61,408 nt of DNA from contig JBGQGY010000006.1 in NCBI GenBank assembly GCA_041497675.1, forward strand, positions 1 through 61,408, given 5' to 3'. This document shows, one piece after another, positions 1-10,571 of this stretch. The stretch is from a bacterium (GTDB lineage: Bacteria > Sysuimicrobiota > Sysuimicrobiia > Sysuimicrobiales > Humicultoraceae). The position numbers and the translations under genes were made by a program. The first letter of the stretch is position 1. Each line of letters opens with the position of its first letter. The notes under the pieces are model-generated. The model did no database searches. It was given only the letters and a program-made list of their open reading frames with translations, and was not told the DNA's origin.

Positions 1-246
1 ACCGAGGCTGAGCCGGAAGGTATCGGCGGGATCGAGGATGCGATCGAAGACATTTGCTGCGGCGGCGACGCGCTTCTCCTGCCCGCTGGCGAACTGACAG
101 GGGGGGAGACAGAGGGTGACGTCGAGCGCCTGCTGTTGGGCGGCGGCCTGCCGGCGGGCCTCGGCGGCGATAGGCACCGCCCAGCCCGCCACCTCGCCCG
201 GACCGTTCCCCACGAGCACCAATGATGTCGACATCAGCGCGCCCAT
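1..246 (-). CDS. Partial (runs off window start) lipid-A-disaccharide synthase-like / GT-B fold protein
   Basis: Not in ORF track. Manual translation from ATG at 246: MGALMSTSLVLVGNGPGEVAGWAVPIAAEARR...LDVTLCLPPCQFASGQE. The 'NGPGE..W..P' and 'PC..ASGQE' segments resemble the N-terminus of cyanobacterial-type LpxB-like proteins; divergent from an LptD-like gene. Confidence 0.55.
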   Translation of the reverse strand, partial: MGALMSTSLVLVGNGPGEVAGWAVPIAAEARRQAAAQQQALDVTLCLPPCQFASGQEKRVAAAANVFDRILDPADTFRLSLG

Positions 247-260
247 GACCCTAACCACAT

Positions 261-290
261 ATTATAGTCTCCGTTGTTCACCGCAGACAA
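261..290 (-). promoter_or_regulatory. Putative sigma70 promoter for the LpxB-like gene
   Basis: Minus strand TTGTCT (290-285), 18 nt, TATAAT (266-261) in an AT-rich patch of a GC-rich genome. Confidence 0.45.
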
Positions 291-350
291 TTCCGCCCGG
301 AAAGGGAAGCCGCGCAAAGCGACAGAATAGGTGAGACGGACCGGTAGTCA

Positions 351-1919
351 TTGAAGGGGTGTTGCGTGCTTTGGAGTCTGACCATCGGGGCTGCGATGGT
401 GATGCTGTTCTCGGGAATCGCCAGCGCGCAGGCTCCATCGTCGCCCCGGCGCGCAGCGGCAGCGCAGCCGTCCCCAGCGCAGCCCACCGTCGTTGACGCC
501 GATACGATCAACTACGACTCCGTGCAACAACTGATCACGGCGCAGGGCAACGTGCGGATGACCCTCGCACGCTACCGCCTCTTCGCCGATCGCGCGCAAT
601 ACAACCTCCGCACGTCGGTCGTGACCGCGTCCGGCCGCATCCGGCTGGTCGACGGCCGCGGTCAGGAACTGCGCGGCGAAGAACTGACCTTCAACGCCCG
701 CACAGAAGAGGGATTCCTGGTCCCCGTACAAGGGACGGTCGAGCGACGCGTGATCATCAAGGGCGATCGGCTGGACGTGTCGCCGAATCGGTACCTCGCC
801 CACAACAGCACCGTCACGACATGCGACCCCGCCCGTCCGCTCTACCAGATCACCGCAAGACAGATCGAGATCCGGCCGGGTGAAGCGGTGATCGCGCGGG
901 ACGCCACGCTCTACGTGGGCGGGCGAAAGCTGGTCACCCTGCGCGAGTTCGTGGTGTCGTTGCGCCCAGAAGGGAATGGCACGCAGTTGCCGACCTTCGG
1001 GACGGATCGCGTCGACCGATTGTGGGTGGGGTACCGTTTCCCGGTGCGGGTCGCCGACGGCACCGGCCGGGTTGACCTGAAGATCGGGCTCTCCTCCGGC
1101 CCAATGCCGCTGCTGTCGCTGACCAAGGGCGATCCGGGATCGACGGTGACGCTGCGTCTCGGCCGCACCCAGACGTCGGATACCCGCGCGGAGTTCGATC
1201 TGCTGCGTTACGATGTCGCAGAGATTGGCGTGGCGCTCGCACCCCAGCGGATCGGGACCACGCCATTCTCATGGACGGCATCGGGGCTCGTCGGCTGGTA
1301 CGCGGAACAACTCTCGGGCGTTCAGACGGCCAAATTTGATGGCGCAGTCTCCATCGGCGCCGCCGCGCCGATCACGCCCCGCCTGTCGTACGCCGTGCAG
1401 GCGGGACTCAATGCATCGGGGTACGCGACGGGCGCCGTTCGCACCGTCGTGACGTACGGCGCATCGCTCAGCTACGCCCTTGACACGTACACCGCCGTGA
1501 GTGTCGGATACGCGCGCGCCGTCGTGCGGGGCATGACGCCACTTTCGATCGATGTGATCGACCCGGCCGACACCATCAGCGTCGGGCTGACGCGTTCGGT
1601 CCCGTCACGATACCGTCTCGCGGCCAGCGTGGCGTACAACACGGTCCTCGCCGAAACGGTCTACCAGGGGGCGCTGTTTGTCGTGGCCGGCCGGCGGCTC
1701 GAGCTGGGCGTCGAGGCCCAGTACAATACGCGGCTCACGACGTTCGAGGTGCTCGATCTGACCGTGCGGGTGATCTGCGACTGTGTCGACGTGGTCTTCC
1801 GCTATCGGGCGTCGCGTGGCGAGGTGTCATTCGAGGTGGGGCTGATGGATTTCCCACCCCGACCCGCGCCCTTCGTCTTGCGGCCGGTGCCGCCGCCGCC
1901 CGGGGTGCCCGAACGCTGA
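351..1919 (+). CDS. LptD/OstA-like outer-membrane LPS assembly protein
   Basis: Signal peptide, then OstA-like beta-jellyroll (DADTINYD..ITAQGNV, LFADRAQYN), a 'TTC' motif, alternating beta-strand C-terminal region and a late Cys motif (ICDC). Start could be a downstream ATG. Confidence 0.7.
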   Translation: MKGCCVLWSLTIGAAMVMLFSGIASAQAPSSPRRAAAAQPSPAQPTVVDADTINYDSVQQLITAQGNVRMTLARYRLFADRAQYNLRTSVVTASGRIRLVDGRGQELRGEELTFNARTEEGFLVPVQGTVERRVIIKGDRLDVSPNRYLAHNSTVTTCDPARPLYQITARQIEIRPGEAVIARDATLYVGGRKLVTLREFVVSLRPEGNGTQLPTFGTDRVDRLWVGYRFPVRVADGTGRVDLKIGLSSGPMPLLSLTKGDPGSTVTLRLGRTQTSDTRAEFDLLRYDVAEIGVALAPQRIGTTPFSWTASGLVGWYAEQLSGVQTAKFDGAVSIGAAAPITPRLSYAVQAGLNASGYATGAVRTVVTYGASLSYALDTYTAVSVGYARAVVRGMTPLSIDVIDPADTISVGLTRSVPSRYRLAASVAYNTVLAETVYQGALFVVAGRRLELGVEAQYNTRLTTFEVLDLTVRVICDCVDVVFRYRASRGEVSFEVGLMDFPPRPAPFVLRPVPPPPGVPER

Positions 1920-3286
1920 TGATCTCCCCGGAGATCTTTCGCGAATACGACATCCGCGGGGTGGTCGGTACCGACCTGACCCCCGAGATCGCCCGTCAGA
2001 TTGCGCGCGCGTATGCGGCGACGCTGGCAACGCCGGGCGCGCAGATCGTCCTCGGCCGCGACAACCGCGAGCATTCACCAGTGCTGGCGGCGGCCGCGGC
2101 GCAGGGGCTGGCCGACTCTGGGCAGGACGTGGTGGACATCGGCACCGTGATCACGCCCACGTTCTACTTCGCCCGCGTGCACTGGGGGCTCGACGGCGGC
2201 ATGATGGTCACGGCCAGCCACAACCCATCCGAGTTCAACGGGTTCAAACTGGCGGGGGGCTTCGGCACGCTCTACGGTGACCAGATCCAGGCGGTCCGGC
2301 GACGGGCGCAGACCGGGCCCTTCCTCCAGGGCCACGGGCGCATCGACGCCCGTGACGTGACCGGCGCGTATGTCGCCATGCTGCGCGAGAAGATCCGGCT
2401 TGGTCCCCGCCGCCTCCGCGTGGCGCTGGACTGCGGCAACGGCACCGCCAGTCTGGTGGGGCCCGAGGTGTTGAGGGCCTGGGGCGTCGACGTCGTGCCC
2501 CTGTACTGCGACTCAGACCCCAGATTTCCTCACCATCACCCCGATCCCGTCGACCCACGCAATCTGACCGACTTGATTGACGTCGTGCGTCGCGAGCACT
2601 GCGACGTGGGCATCGGGTTCGACGGCGACGGCGATCGCATCGGCGCGGTGGATGATCGCGGCGAGATCCTCTGGGGTGATCTGTTGATGATCCTCTACTG
2701 GAAAGAGATCTTGCCGAAGCACCCGGGGGCGCAGGTGATTGTCGAGGTCAAGTGCTCGCAGGCCCTGGTCGAGGCGGTGCGCCGGATGGGCGGGCGGCCG
2801 TTCTTCTACCGGACGGGCCATTCGTTGATCAAGGCGAAGATGCGGGAGATCGGCGCTGTCTTCACGGGAGAGATGTCGGGTCACATGTTCTTCGCCGACG
2901 AGTACTACGGGTACGACGATGCGGTGTACGCCGCGGGGCGGCTGCTCCGCACGTTGTCGAACACGGACAAGCCGCTCTCGGCGCTGCTCGCCGACGTGCC
3001 CCGGTACCCGGTGACACCCGAGGTGCGCGTCCCGTGTCCGGACGGCCGGAAGTTCGAGGTCGTGGCGGCGCTGGTCGAGGAATTCAAGCGCGACCACGAC
3101 GTGATCGACGTCGACGGCGCGCGCGTGCTGTTTGACGACGGGTGGGGGTTGGTCCGGGCGAGCAACACGCAGCCGGCGCTGGTCGTGCGGGCCGAGGCCA
3201 CAACACAAGAGGGTCTTGCACGCATCAAGCGCACTCTCGAGGCTGCCCTGGCCAAGAGACCAGAGGTCGGCCCGGTACGCTGGTAG
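1919..3286 (+). CDS. Phosphomannomutase/phosphoglucomutase
   Basis: [15 protein letters not shown] phosphoserine loop, FDGDGDR metal loop, GEMSGH, RASNTQP. Confidence 0.95.
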   Translation: MISPEIFREYDIRGVVGTDLTPEIARQIARAYAATLATPGAQIVLGRDNREHSPVLAAAAAQGLADSGQDVVDIGTVITPTFYFARVHWGLDGGMMVTASHNPSEFNGFKLAGGFGTLYGDQIQAVRRRAQTGPFLQGHGRIDARDVTGAYVAMLREKIRLGPRRLRVALDCGNGTASLVGPEVLRAWGVDVVPLYCDSDPRFPHHHPDPVDPRNLTDLIDVVRREHCDVGIGFDGDGDRIGAVDDRGEILWGDLLMILYWKEILPKHPGAQVIVEVKCSQALVEAVRRMGGRPFFYRTGHSLIKAKMREIGAVFTGEMSGHMFFADEYYGYDDAVYAAGRLLRTLSNTDKPLSALLADVPRYPVTPEVRVPCPDGRKFEVVAALVEEFKRDHDVIDVDGARVLFDDGWGLVRASNTQPALVVRAEATTQEGLARIKRTLEAALAKRPEVGPVRW

Positions 3287-3314
3287 TCTCGTGGCGGCTG
3301 GCTCAGGAGGCGTG

Positions 3315-4361
3315 ATGCGGAAGGCGTTGATCACCGGCGTGACCGGGCAGGACGGCTCGTATCTGGCGGAGTTTCTGCTGGATCGTGGCTACGAAGTCCA
3401 TGGTGTCGTGCGGCGCGCCTCGACGTTCAACACCGAGCGGATCGAGCATCTCTATCGGGACCCGCATGAGTCCGACGTGCGTTTTCACCTCCACTATGGT
3501 GACCTGACTGACAGCAGCGGGCTGCGGGTGTTGCTGGAGCGGGTCCAACCGGATGAAGTCTACAACTTGGGTGCGCAGTCGCACGTACGCGTCTCTTTCG
3601 ATCAGCCCGAGTACACCGCCGACGTGGTCGCGCTTGGCGCGCTGCGTCTCCTCGAGGCCGTCCGCGACTATCAGACGCGTACAGGCCGTCAGGTCCGATA
3701 CTATCAGGCGGGATCGTCAGAGATGTTTGGGAACGCGCCCGCGCCGCAGAATGAACGGACGCCATTCTCGCCCCGCAGTCCGTACGGCGTTGCGAAGGTC
3801 TTTGCGCACTTGCAGACGGTGAACTACCGCGAGGCGTATGGGCTGTTCGCCGCTAACGGGATCCTTCACAACCACGAGAGCCCCCGCCGCGGGGAGACCT
3901 TCGTGTCTCGCAAGATCACGCGCGCGGCGACGCGCATCTCGCTGGGTCTCCAGTCGAAACTGTTCTTGGGCAATCTCCAGGCGCAGCGCGACTGGGGATA
4001 TGCTCCCGACTACGTCCAGGCCATGTGGATGATCCTCCAACATCGCGAACCCGATGACTTCCTGATCGCCACGGGTGAGTCGCGATCTGTCCGCGAGTTC
4101 CTGGACGGCGCCTTTGGCTTGCTGAACCTGGATTGGCGCGAGTCTGTCGAGATCGATCCGCGCTATTTCCGCCCGGCGGAAGTGGATCACCTGCGGGGGG
4201 ATGCGTCCAAGGCGCAGCGGGTGTTGGGGTGGCGGCCGGCGACCTCGTTCGGCGAGATGGTGAGGCTGATGATCGAGCACGACCTTGAGTTGGCCCGGGC
4301 CGAACGGACGCTCCGAGACGCCGGGCACCGCACCGGGACTCGAGGACCCGGTCATGAATGA
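3315..4361 (+). CDS. gmd: GDP-mannose 4,6-dehydratase
   Basis: [47 protein letters not shown] at 3305-3310 supports a start at 3312/3315, not 3132. Confidence 0.96.
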   Translation: MRKALITGVTGQDGSYLAEFLLDRGYEVHGVVRRASTFNTERIEHLYRDPHESDVRFHLHYGDLTDSSGLRVLLERVQPDEVYNLGAQSHVRVSFDQPEYTADVVALGALRLLEAVRDYQTRTGRQVRYYQAGSSEMFGNAPAPQNERTPFSPRSPYGVAKVFAHLQTVNYREAYGLFAANGILHNHESPRRGETFVSRKITRAATRISLGLQSKLFLGNLQAQRDWGYAPDYVQAMWMILQHREPDDFLIATGESRSVREFLDGAFGLLNLDWRESVEIDPRYFRPAEVDHLRGDASKAQRVLGWRPATSFGEMVRLMIEHDLELARAERTLRDAGHRTGTRGPGHE

Positions 4362-5337
4362 CGCGCCGCACGCCGCAGCCACCCCGATCGATTGGACCGA
4401 TCTTCCCGTCGTCGTGACCGGCGGCGCCGGGTTCCTGGGATCGGTGCTGGTCGGGCGCCTCCGTGCCGCGGGCGCTCAGGTCTTCGTCCCTCGCAGCCGC
4501 GAATACGATTTGACGGACATGAACGCGACGGCGCGTCTGTTCGCCGACACGTCCCCGGCGGTCGTGTTCCACCTGGCCGCAGCCGTCGGGGGCATCGGCG
4601 CGAACCGCGCGAACCCCGGCCGGTTCTTCTACGAGAACATGGCCATGGGGCTGAGTGTTGTCGAGCAGGCGCGTCAATACCATCGCCTACGGAAACTGGT
4701 CGTCGTCGGGACCACGTGCTCCTACCCGGGTGAGGCACCAGTACCGCTGAGCGAAGCCGACCTGTGGAGCGGATATCCTGAGCCGACGAACGCGCCGTAC
4801 GGTGTGGCCAAACGCGCGCTGCTGGTGATGGCGCAGGGATATCGCCAGCAGTATGGTCTTCGGGCGATCTACCTCATCCTGGCCAACCTCTACGGCCCGG
4901 GGGACAACTTCGATCCTGAGACGTCACACGTGATCCCGGCACTGATCAAGAAGTGCGTCGACGCGGTAGAGCAGGAGGCCAGCGAGATCACGGCGTGGGG
5001 CGACGGCAGCCCCACGCGTGAGTTTCTCTACGTGGACGACGCCGCCCGCGGTATCATGCTGGCCGCCGAGCGATACGATGATCTCGAGCCGCTCAACCTG
5101 GGCACGGGCGAGGAGATCTCGATCAGAGATCTCCTCGTCTTGATCGCCGATCTCACGGGATTCCGCGGCCGCATCGTCTGGGATCAGGCGATGCCGGGCG
5201 GGCAGCGCCGCCGACGCCTAGACGTCAGCCGCGTCCGCGACGCCATAGGATTTTCAGCCAACGTGCCCCTCGCTGAGGGTTTGCGTACAACCGTTGCATC
5301 GTACCGTGCGACCCGCGGCGCACCGACGGGTGCGTGA
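4354..5337 (+). CDS. fcl: GDP-L-fucose synthase
   Basis: [57 protein letters not shown]; directly follows gmd. Confidence 0.92.
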   Translation: MNDAPHAAATPIDWTDLPVVVTGGAGFLGSVLVGRLRAAGAQVFVPRSREYDLTDMNATARLFADTSPAVVFHLAAAVGGIGANRANPGRFFYENMAMGLSVVEQARQYHRLRKLVVVGTTCSYPGEAPVPLSEADLWSGYPEPTNAPYGVAKRALLVMAQGYRQQYGLRAIYLILANLYGPGDNFDPETSHVIPALIKKCVDAVEQEASEITAWGDGSPTREFLYVDDAARGIMLAAERYDDLEPLNLGTGEEISIRDLLVLIADLTGFRGRIVWDQAMPGGQRRRRLDVSRVRDAIGFSANVPLAEGLRTTVASYRATRGAPTGA

Positions 5338-5397
5338 AAAGCACATCTATGAGACGACGGTTTCGTGTGTATGGATTGCGCGACCGAGTTTTCCCGC

Positions 5398-6213
5398 CTA
5401 CTTTTTGCGCGCCAGCACATGAAGTCCATAGGATAAGAGCTGGTTCGACCGTCTATCATGCTGAGCCAGCCGGCTCAGCAGGCGCAAGACGATGCCCAGG
5501 CCAAACCATTCAGACCAACTTAGCGTCTTGTCCGCATAAGTTTCGCCAGCCCAGGGCAGGCGCCGCAACTCTTGCGCGAGATATTCAAAGTAGCTGCCGT
5601 TCCATTGCATCTCCACAACCTCGAACCCCAACTCCTTTAGCCAATGCTCATAGAAATGACGGCTATACCCTGTGTAATAGAAGTAGGGAGAAAGGTGGGT
5701 CAAAGAACAAAATGGGGCGGTGAGAACCAAGACACCGCCGGGCCTGAGCAAACGCGTCAGTTCACGCAATGCGCTGATGGGGTCCGGCAAATGCTCCAAC
5801 ACTTCGATACACATCACAGCGTCAAACGAGGCGGCTGACTGAGGGATCCTCGTAATATCCGACACAATATCTAGCCGTGATTGATCCCAGGCGCCAGTTT
5901 GCAGGCTGGCCCTATCACCCTGTCCATCGTATTGCGCAAAGTCTTGACTGACATAGGTGAGATGGGCGCAAAAGCGCCTATATTGCAATTCACCAGCGCC
6001 TGCATCTAGGATGCGGTGGCCCGCCGGGATTCGCGCCAGGGTTTGCTCCAACCACAACTCGCGCGTGGCCACGTTGCGAGTGCCACACTGTTGGACCTGG
6101 GCGGAGGTTAGGCTCAACGCCGCGCGCGCAATGGTACGCTTGATTTGATCCGCCCAGCCGCGGTCTAGGCGAGTCATAGGTGTTTCGTGAAGCAGCTCTC
6201 GAGTCGCTTTCAT
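5398..6213 (-). CDS. Class I SAM-dependent methyltransferase (glycan-locus type)
   Basis: ILDAGAG motif I, FDAVMCIEVLEH, LRPGGVLVLTAPF; start uncertain. Confidence 0.85.
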   Translation of the reverse strand: MKATRELLHETPMTRLDRGWADQIKRTIARAALSLTSAQVQQCGTRNVATRELWLEQTLARIPAGHRILDAGAGELQYRRFCAHLTYVSQDFAQYDGQGDRASLQTGAWDQSRLDIVSDITRIPQSAASFDAVMCIEVLEHLPDPISALRELTRLLRPGGVLVLTAPFCSLTHLSPYFYYTGYSRHFYEHWLKELGFEVVEMQWNGSYFEYLAQELRRLPWAGETYADKTLSWSEWFGLGIVLRLLSRLAQHDRRSNQLLSYGLHVLARKK

Positions 6214-6375
6214 GGTGCCCTTGGATCTAGCGGGTCTCCATACCCCCCAAGCCTATATGTTCAGCCATGTGCAAACAAGATAACGAGGTTACTACGCCGT
6301 TTGCGGTTCCAGGTGTGCGCCGAGCCGCACCCCGTGCGCAGGCGATGGATGAGACCCACCGATACCCGGCGATCA

Positions 6376-7197
6376 TCAACCCGCCCGCGACGCTCCGCGG
6401 CCTCGGGCACGCGATCTGACCCATCGCTCCGGCGCGCCGCCGAGCATCGAGAGCGCATATGTTCCACAGGTCGCCGCGAGGGTCGGAATCGCTCCAGACC
6501 ATGGACCGAGCAGCCTCGCCGCATCCCACTGAGCCGCGAGACGCGCCCGCAGAGCCGCGCTGCGGGGCATCGAGCCGCTGTGGCTCGCGCGCCGCACCCG
6601 ATGCATCACCAGGACATCCGGCAATATGGCGATCTTCCAGGCACGTGCCATCCTAATCCACAAGCGGTAGTCTTCATTGGGTCCGTCGGCGTACCCACCC
6701 GCGTCGCCGTAGGCCTGCTTCCGGAACATCACGGTGCTGTGGACGAATGGGTTGTCGCGCAACAGGTACCGTCTCAACGCGGCGTCGTTGGGGGGAGGTT
6801 CGAAGGACCACGTCCGTCCGTCTTCGTCGCACAGGGACGCCCACGTGCCGAGCAACCCGATCTCACCGTGTTTCTCCAGATAGGCGGTCTGCGCGGCAAT
6901 TCGTTCAGGATATGTGATATCGTCGGCGTCCAGGCGCGCGACATATTCGCCCTCGGCCTCTGCACACCCGCGCACAAGCGCCGGCACAAGCCCGCGGTGC
7001 TCTTGGCGGACAATCTTGAGCCGCGGGTCGCCCAGGCCGCGCACAATCTCGGCCGACCGGTCATGCGAGCCGTCATCGATCACCACAATCTCCAGCGGCT
7101 GGTACGTCTGCGTCAGGAGGCTGCGACCAGCCTCCTCGACCGTCGCGGCCGCGTCGTACACCGGCATAACGATCGAAACGAGCGGGCGCCGGTTCAT
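6376..7197 (-). CDS. Glycosyltransferase family 2
   Basis: MNRRPLVSIVMPVYD, VIDDGSHD, ARLDADD, ED motif; true start inferred at ATG 7197 inside the longer ORF. Confidence 0.9.
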   Translation of the reverse strand: MNRRPLVSIVMPVYDAAATVEEAGRSLLTQTYQPLEIVVIDDGSHDRSAEIVRGLGDPRLKIVRQEHRGLVPALVRGCAEAEGEYVARLDADDITYPERIAAQTAYLEKHGEIGLLGTWASLCDEDGRTWSFEPPPNDAALRRYLLRDNPFVHSTVMFRKQAYGDAGGYADGPNEDYRLWIRMARAWKIAILPDVLVMHRVRRASHSGSMPRSAALRARLAAQWDAARLLGPWSGAIPTLAATCGTYALSMLGGAPERWVRSRARGRGASRAG

Positions 7198-7247
7198 ACG
7201 GTGCCAGGGTCCAGATCGAAGATCCCGAAGACCAGCAGCATTGCCTG

Positions 7248-8759
7248 TTACCTTACTCTGACGGCCGCCAATACAGCGGCACGATCTGCGGCTTCGAGCA
7301 CCCTCGACCACGCGACCCAGACGAAGACGATCGCGCCGACGGCGGCCACGCCCACTCTGATCAGCGGCGCGTCGAGCAGAGTATTCGTGAGGACGACAAA
7401 CAGGCTGAAGAGGCCGAGGCTGGCAATCGTCACGCGCAGTCGCGCCGCTGCGCCTCGAAGCTGGCGCCATGGCACGGCAAGCGCCCGCCCGGCAAGGACG
7501 AACAGGATCGACGCGTCCAAAAGCAGGAACAGACTCCACGCGATGGCGGCGCCCGTGATACCAGCGGCTCGCGTCAGATACCAGGCGCCCGCCGCATAGA
7601 CGAGCAGTTCGGCCAGGTGGGACTTGGTGGTCAGATCCGGTCGCCCCAGCCCGTGCAGGATCGTGAAGGGGATGTGAGCGAGCGCGTTTGGCAGCATACC
7701 CAAGGCCAGCACCTGCATGGCCGGCGTCCCCTGGCGGGCGAACTCCGGCCCCAGCCACAGGCGTAGGATCGGCTCAGCAAACGCCGCGAGCACCACGACG
7801 ATAGGGGACATCACGAGGAGCATGAGCCGGACCAGCCGTTCGCTCAGCGCCAGAATCGTCTCGCGATTCTGGAAGCCTAACCGACTTATCGCGGGAAACA
7901 AGGCGACGGCAAGGCTGGCCGGGAGTACGCTTAGCCTGGAAGCCATCTCATATGGTGGAGAGTAATAGCCGACGGCTCGGACCGAGACGAGCGTGCTGAT
8001 CAAAGCCCGGTCGAGATAGTTGATAATGGGACCGAGGATGTTCGAGGCCATGACCCAGCCGCCGAATGAGAACAACGCGCGGACGGTTGGACGGTGGAAC
8101 GCCGGATCAGCGCCGCCTCTGCCGACGAGACGCGCGCACATGATGCCGTACGCGATCCCGCTGGCCAGCTTCAGAACCGTCAGGGACAGAGTGACGGCCG
8201 TGAGTCCACCGCCCAGCAGCAGCACGATCAATGGGACCAGAAAATTGCCGCTCCCGGCCACGATGCGAACCTGGTTGACGAGTCCGAAGCGCCGATAGGC
8301 ATCAAGGATTCCACGGAAGGCGCTGGTCGTGACCACAATAGGGACGGCGGCCGCAAGCACGTAGTAACTAAGACGGACGTCGCCGCTCAGGACCTCCGAC
8401 ACGGCGACAAATCGGCGGACGATCAAGGGGATGACGCAGGCGAGGAGGGCGCCGAAACCGACCCCAAGGATGAAGTGAAGAACGACGGTCGTACGGACAA
8501 TGCGCTGGACGGCGCGGAGCTCGTTCTTGCCCAGTGCTTCGGCGACCAGCTTGGTCGCCGAGCGGGACAGTCCGAGATCGAAGATACCGAAGTATCCCAG
8601 CACTGCGAGGAACAGGGTCAGTTGTCCGAAGGCCTCAGGACCCATGCGACGAACGATGAATGGCAGCGTCGCGACGCCGACGGCAATCGGAATACCCTGC
8701 CCAATCAGGTTCAGCAGGGTGCCACGTGCAAGGCCTTGCTCCGGAAGACCTGCCGCCAA
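7248..8759 (-). CDS. wzx: Wzx-type oligosaccharide flippase (MOP/PST family)
   Basis: Many hydrophobic segments; 'FG..DLGL', 'FGGW..ASN.....LDRALI...VGYY', 'LFPAIS' and 'ILRLWLG' motifs typical of flippases. Confidence 0.88.
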   Translation of the reverse strand: MAAGLPEQGLARGTLLNLIGQGIPIAVGVATLPFIVRRMGPEAFGQLTLFLAVLGYFGIFDLGLSRSATKLVAEALGKNELRAVQRIVRTTVVLHFILGVGFGALLACVIPLIVRRFVAVSEVLSGDVRLSYYVLAAAVPIVVTTSAFRGILDAYRRFGLVNQVRIVAGSGNFLVPLIVLLLGGGLTAVTLSLTVLKLASGIAYGIMCARLVGRGGADPAFHRPTVRALFSFGGWVMASNILGPIINYLDRALISTLVSVRAVGYYSPPYEMASRLSVLPASLAVALFPAISRLGFQNRETILALSERLVRLMLLVMSPIVVVLAAFAEPILRLWLGPEFARQGTPAMQVLALGMLPNALAHIPFTILHGLGRPDLTTKSHLAELLVYAAGAWYLTRAAGITGAAIAWSLFLLLDASILFVLAGRALAVPWRQLRGAAARLRVTIASLGLFSLFVVLTNTLLDAPLIRVGVAAVGAIVFVWVAWSRVLEAADRAAVLAAVRVR

Positions 8760-8771
8760 GGGATTGCCCGC

Positions 8772-9563
8772 TTAGGCTCCCGCGCGCGCCTCAGGCGAGT
8801 CAACGGCGCCCGCGACTTTTCGGCGTAGGAACCCCGCGGGGCAATAGGTGACGAGCAGCCGATTGTAGTAGCGGTCGATCTCGAACTCGGGATGATGGCT
8901 GAGGAAGTCCTCTACGGCGCGACCGGGATTGTCCGTTGTCCACTCCGGTCTCCCGTTCGGCGCGTCCGCGACCGAGTCCATGATGCCGTCAAAGACCACC
9001 AGGTAGCTGCCCGGCGTCACCAATGGCGCGTAGGCCTCGAGCTCGGCCCGAACGTGGGCATAGCTATGGTTGGAGTCCAAGGCCACCAAGACGACTTCTC
9101 GAGGACGAATCATCTGCCTGACGTCGGCGACAACGGCGTCGGAAACCGAGCTGCCCTCGATCAGGGTGATGCGCTCGCTCAGAGGATGCGCGTGAATAGC
9201 AAGCCGGTTGTAGTGCCGGATTTCGACGTCGACCGATATGACGCGACCCTGCCCCAGCAGCGCGAGCATACTGGCATAGAAGATGGCCGTGCCTCCGTGT
9301 GCCGTCCCCGTCTCGACAATGACCTGCGGCCGCATCTTGTAGATGAGCTCTTGCATCATCAAAAGATCTTCGGGCAGTTGGATGATTGGGATGCCCATCC
9401 ACGTGAGCCGATACGAGAGCCTCTGCTGCCAGCCCGAGCGAACCCACAGGCGGCTCAGGAGTTCGAAACCCTCCGCACTGTAGAGATCGATGTCGCGTTG
9501 TCCTTCGGGGCCTTCGACGGTCAGGATACGCTGGTTGAGGAAGAGTCGAGGGGACTGCGCCAT
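8772..9563 (-). CDS. CmcI/cephalosporin-hydroxylase-family (rhamnosyl O-) methyltransferase
   Basis: TWMGIPIIQLPED, IVETGTAHGG, LDSNHSYAHV..EL..YAPLV..GSYLVVFD, NPG.AV. Confidence 0.88.
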   Translation of the reverse strand: MAQSPRLFLNQRILTVEGPEGQRDIDLYSAEGFELLSRLWVRSGWQQRLSYRLTWMGIPIIQLPEDLLMMQELIYKMRPQVIVETGTAHGGTAIFYASMLALLGQGRVISVDVEIRHYNRLAIHAHPLSERITLIEGSSVSDAVVADVRQMIRPREVVLVALDSNHSYAHVRAELEAYAPLVTPGSYLVVFDGIMDSVADAPNGRPEWTTDNPGRAVEDFLSHHPEFEIDRYYNRLLVTYCPAGFLRRKVAGAVDSPEARAGA

Positions 9564-9575
9564 GCGCCTAGGATA

Positions 9576-10571
9576 TCATGACCTGACGCGGTTGCTGAGG
9601 ACATCCTCAAGAGGCCAGACGAGGGCCAGCTTGATGCAGTGCACGGTCAGCCAGGCAACAAACACCAACAGTAGCGCCACCTTCACACCGGGTCCACCGC
9701 GGATACGCCCGAGGGCACGATAGATGTCGCGAAGCGTCCGCGCATGATACTGGACGGTGCCCGCAGCCTCACGGCTCCATCGCCGAAGACCGGTCGCCCG
9801 GCCATCGTCCCGGACCTGAGCCATATGGTCGAGGCGTGGCACGAAACCGTACTCACGCGCCGCCTGGCAGTACGTAGCCCGTGAGGTGGTCTTGTAGAAG
9901 AGGATCGCATCACAAACCTGAATGCCTCCCCGATCGGCCACCAGCACGAAGACGGGAAGCTCGTTGTGGAACGTGCAGACGTCGATCGCCGTGCGCCCGG
10001 TCGGATCGATGAGCCCCGCACGCCTGTACAAGCCGTAGAGCAAATTGCCGTATCCGTGACGTGCAATCATGGCCATCCGTCGCAGTGCCGAGTGCCGGGG
10101 CCGACCGTAGAAGGCTTTGCCTTCCGCGAATGGGGGCAACCGTGTACCGTCGTTTAGGACATATTGCGCCTCCGCGGCGACGAGCATCAGGTCGGTCCTC
10201 GAGTCAAGGATGGCGGCCAGTGTGCCAACGAAGGTTGGCTCCCACACGTCATCGTCCGACGCCCACATGAAATAGTCACCGTGGGACCGCACGAGCGCGT
10301 TGCGGAAGTTTTGGAAGACGGGCGTTCTGACCGGTGCTCGGTGATAGTGGATCATGGAGTGCTGACGCGCCATCTCTGCGCAGACCGTCGCCGTGTCGTC
10401 CGTCGACGCATTGTCGGAGACGACGATCTCAAGGTTGGGATAGTCCTGCGCGACAAGACTCGAGAGCGCTCTGCGAAGAAGAGCGGAACGGTCGCACGTC
10501 GGGACGCCGATGCTGACCAGCGGCCGGTCTTCGACCCGCGGGCCTCCAGGTGTGGACTCCCTCGTCACCAT
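9576..10571 (-). CDS. Glycosyltransferase family 2
   Basis: LVSIGVP, SDNASTD, YFMWASDDD. Confidence 0.9.
   Translation of the reverse strand: MVTRESTPGGPRVEDRPLVSIGVPTCDRSALLRRALSSLVAQDYPNLEIVVSDNASTDDTATVCAEMARQHSMIHYHRAPVRTPVFQNFRNALVRSHGDYFMWASDDDVWEPTFVGTLAAILDSRTDLMLVAAEAQYVLNDGTRLPPFAEGKAFYGRPRHSALRRMAMIARHGYGNLLYGLYRRAGLIDPTGRTAIDVCTFHNELPVFVLVADRGGIQVCDAILFYKTTSRATYCQAAREYGFVPRLDHMAQVRDDGRATGLRRWSREAAGTVQYHARTLRDIYRALGRIRGGPGVKVALLLVFVAWLTVHCIKLALVWPLEDVLSNRVRS

Noticed and set aside
6232-6357. Short inverted repeat GGGTCTC...GAGACCC as a possible MITE
   Set aside because: Only 7 bp, with no target-site duplication and no second copy in the window.
6187-7599. 470-aa plus-strand ORF
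   Set aside because: Antisense shadow of the GT2 and wzx genes; long stop-free shadows are expected at high GC.
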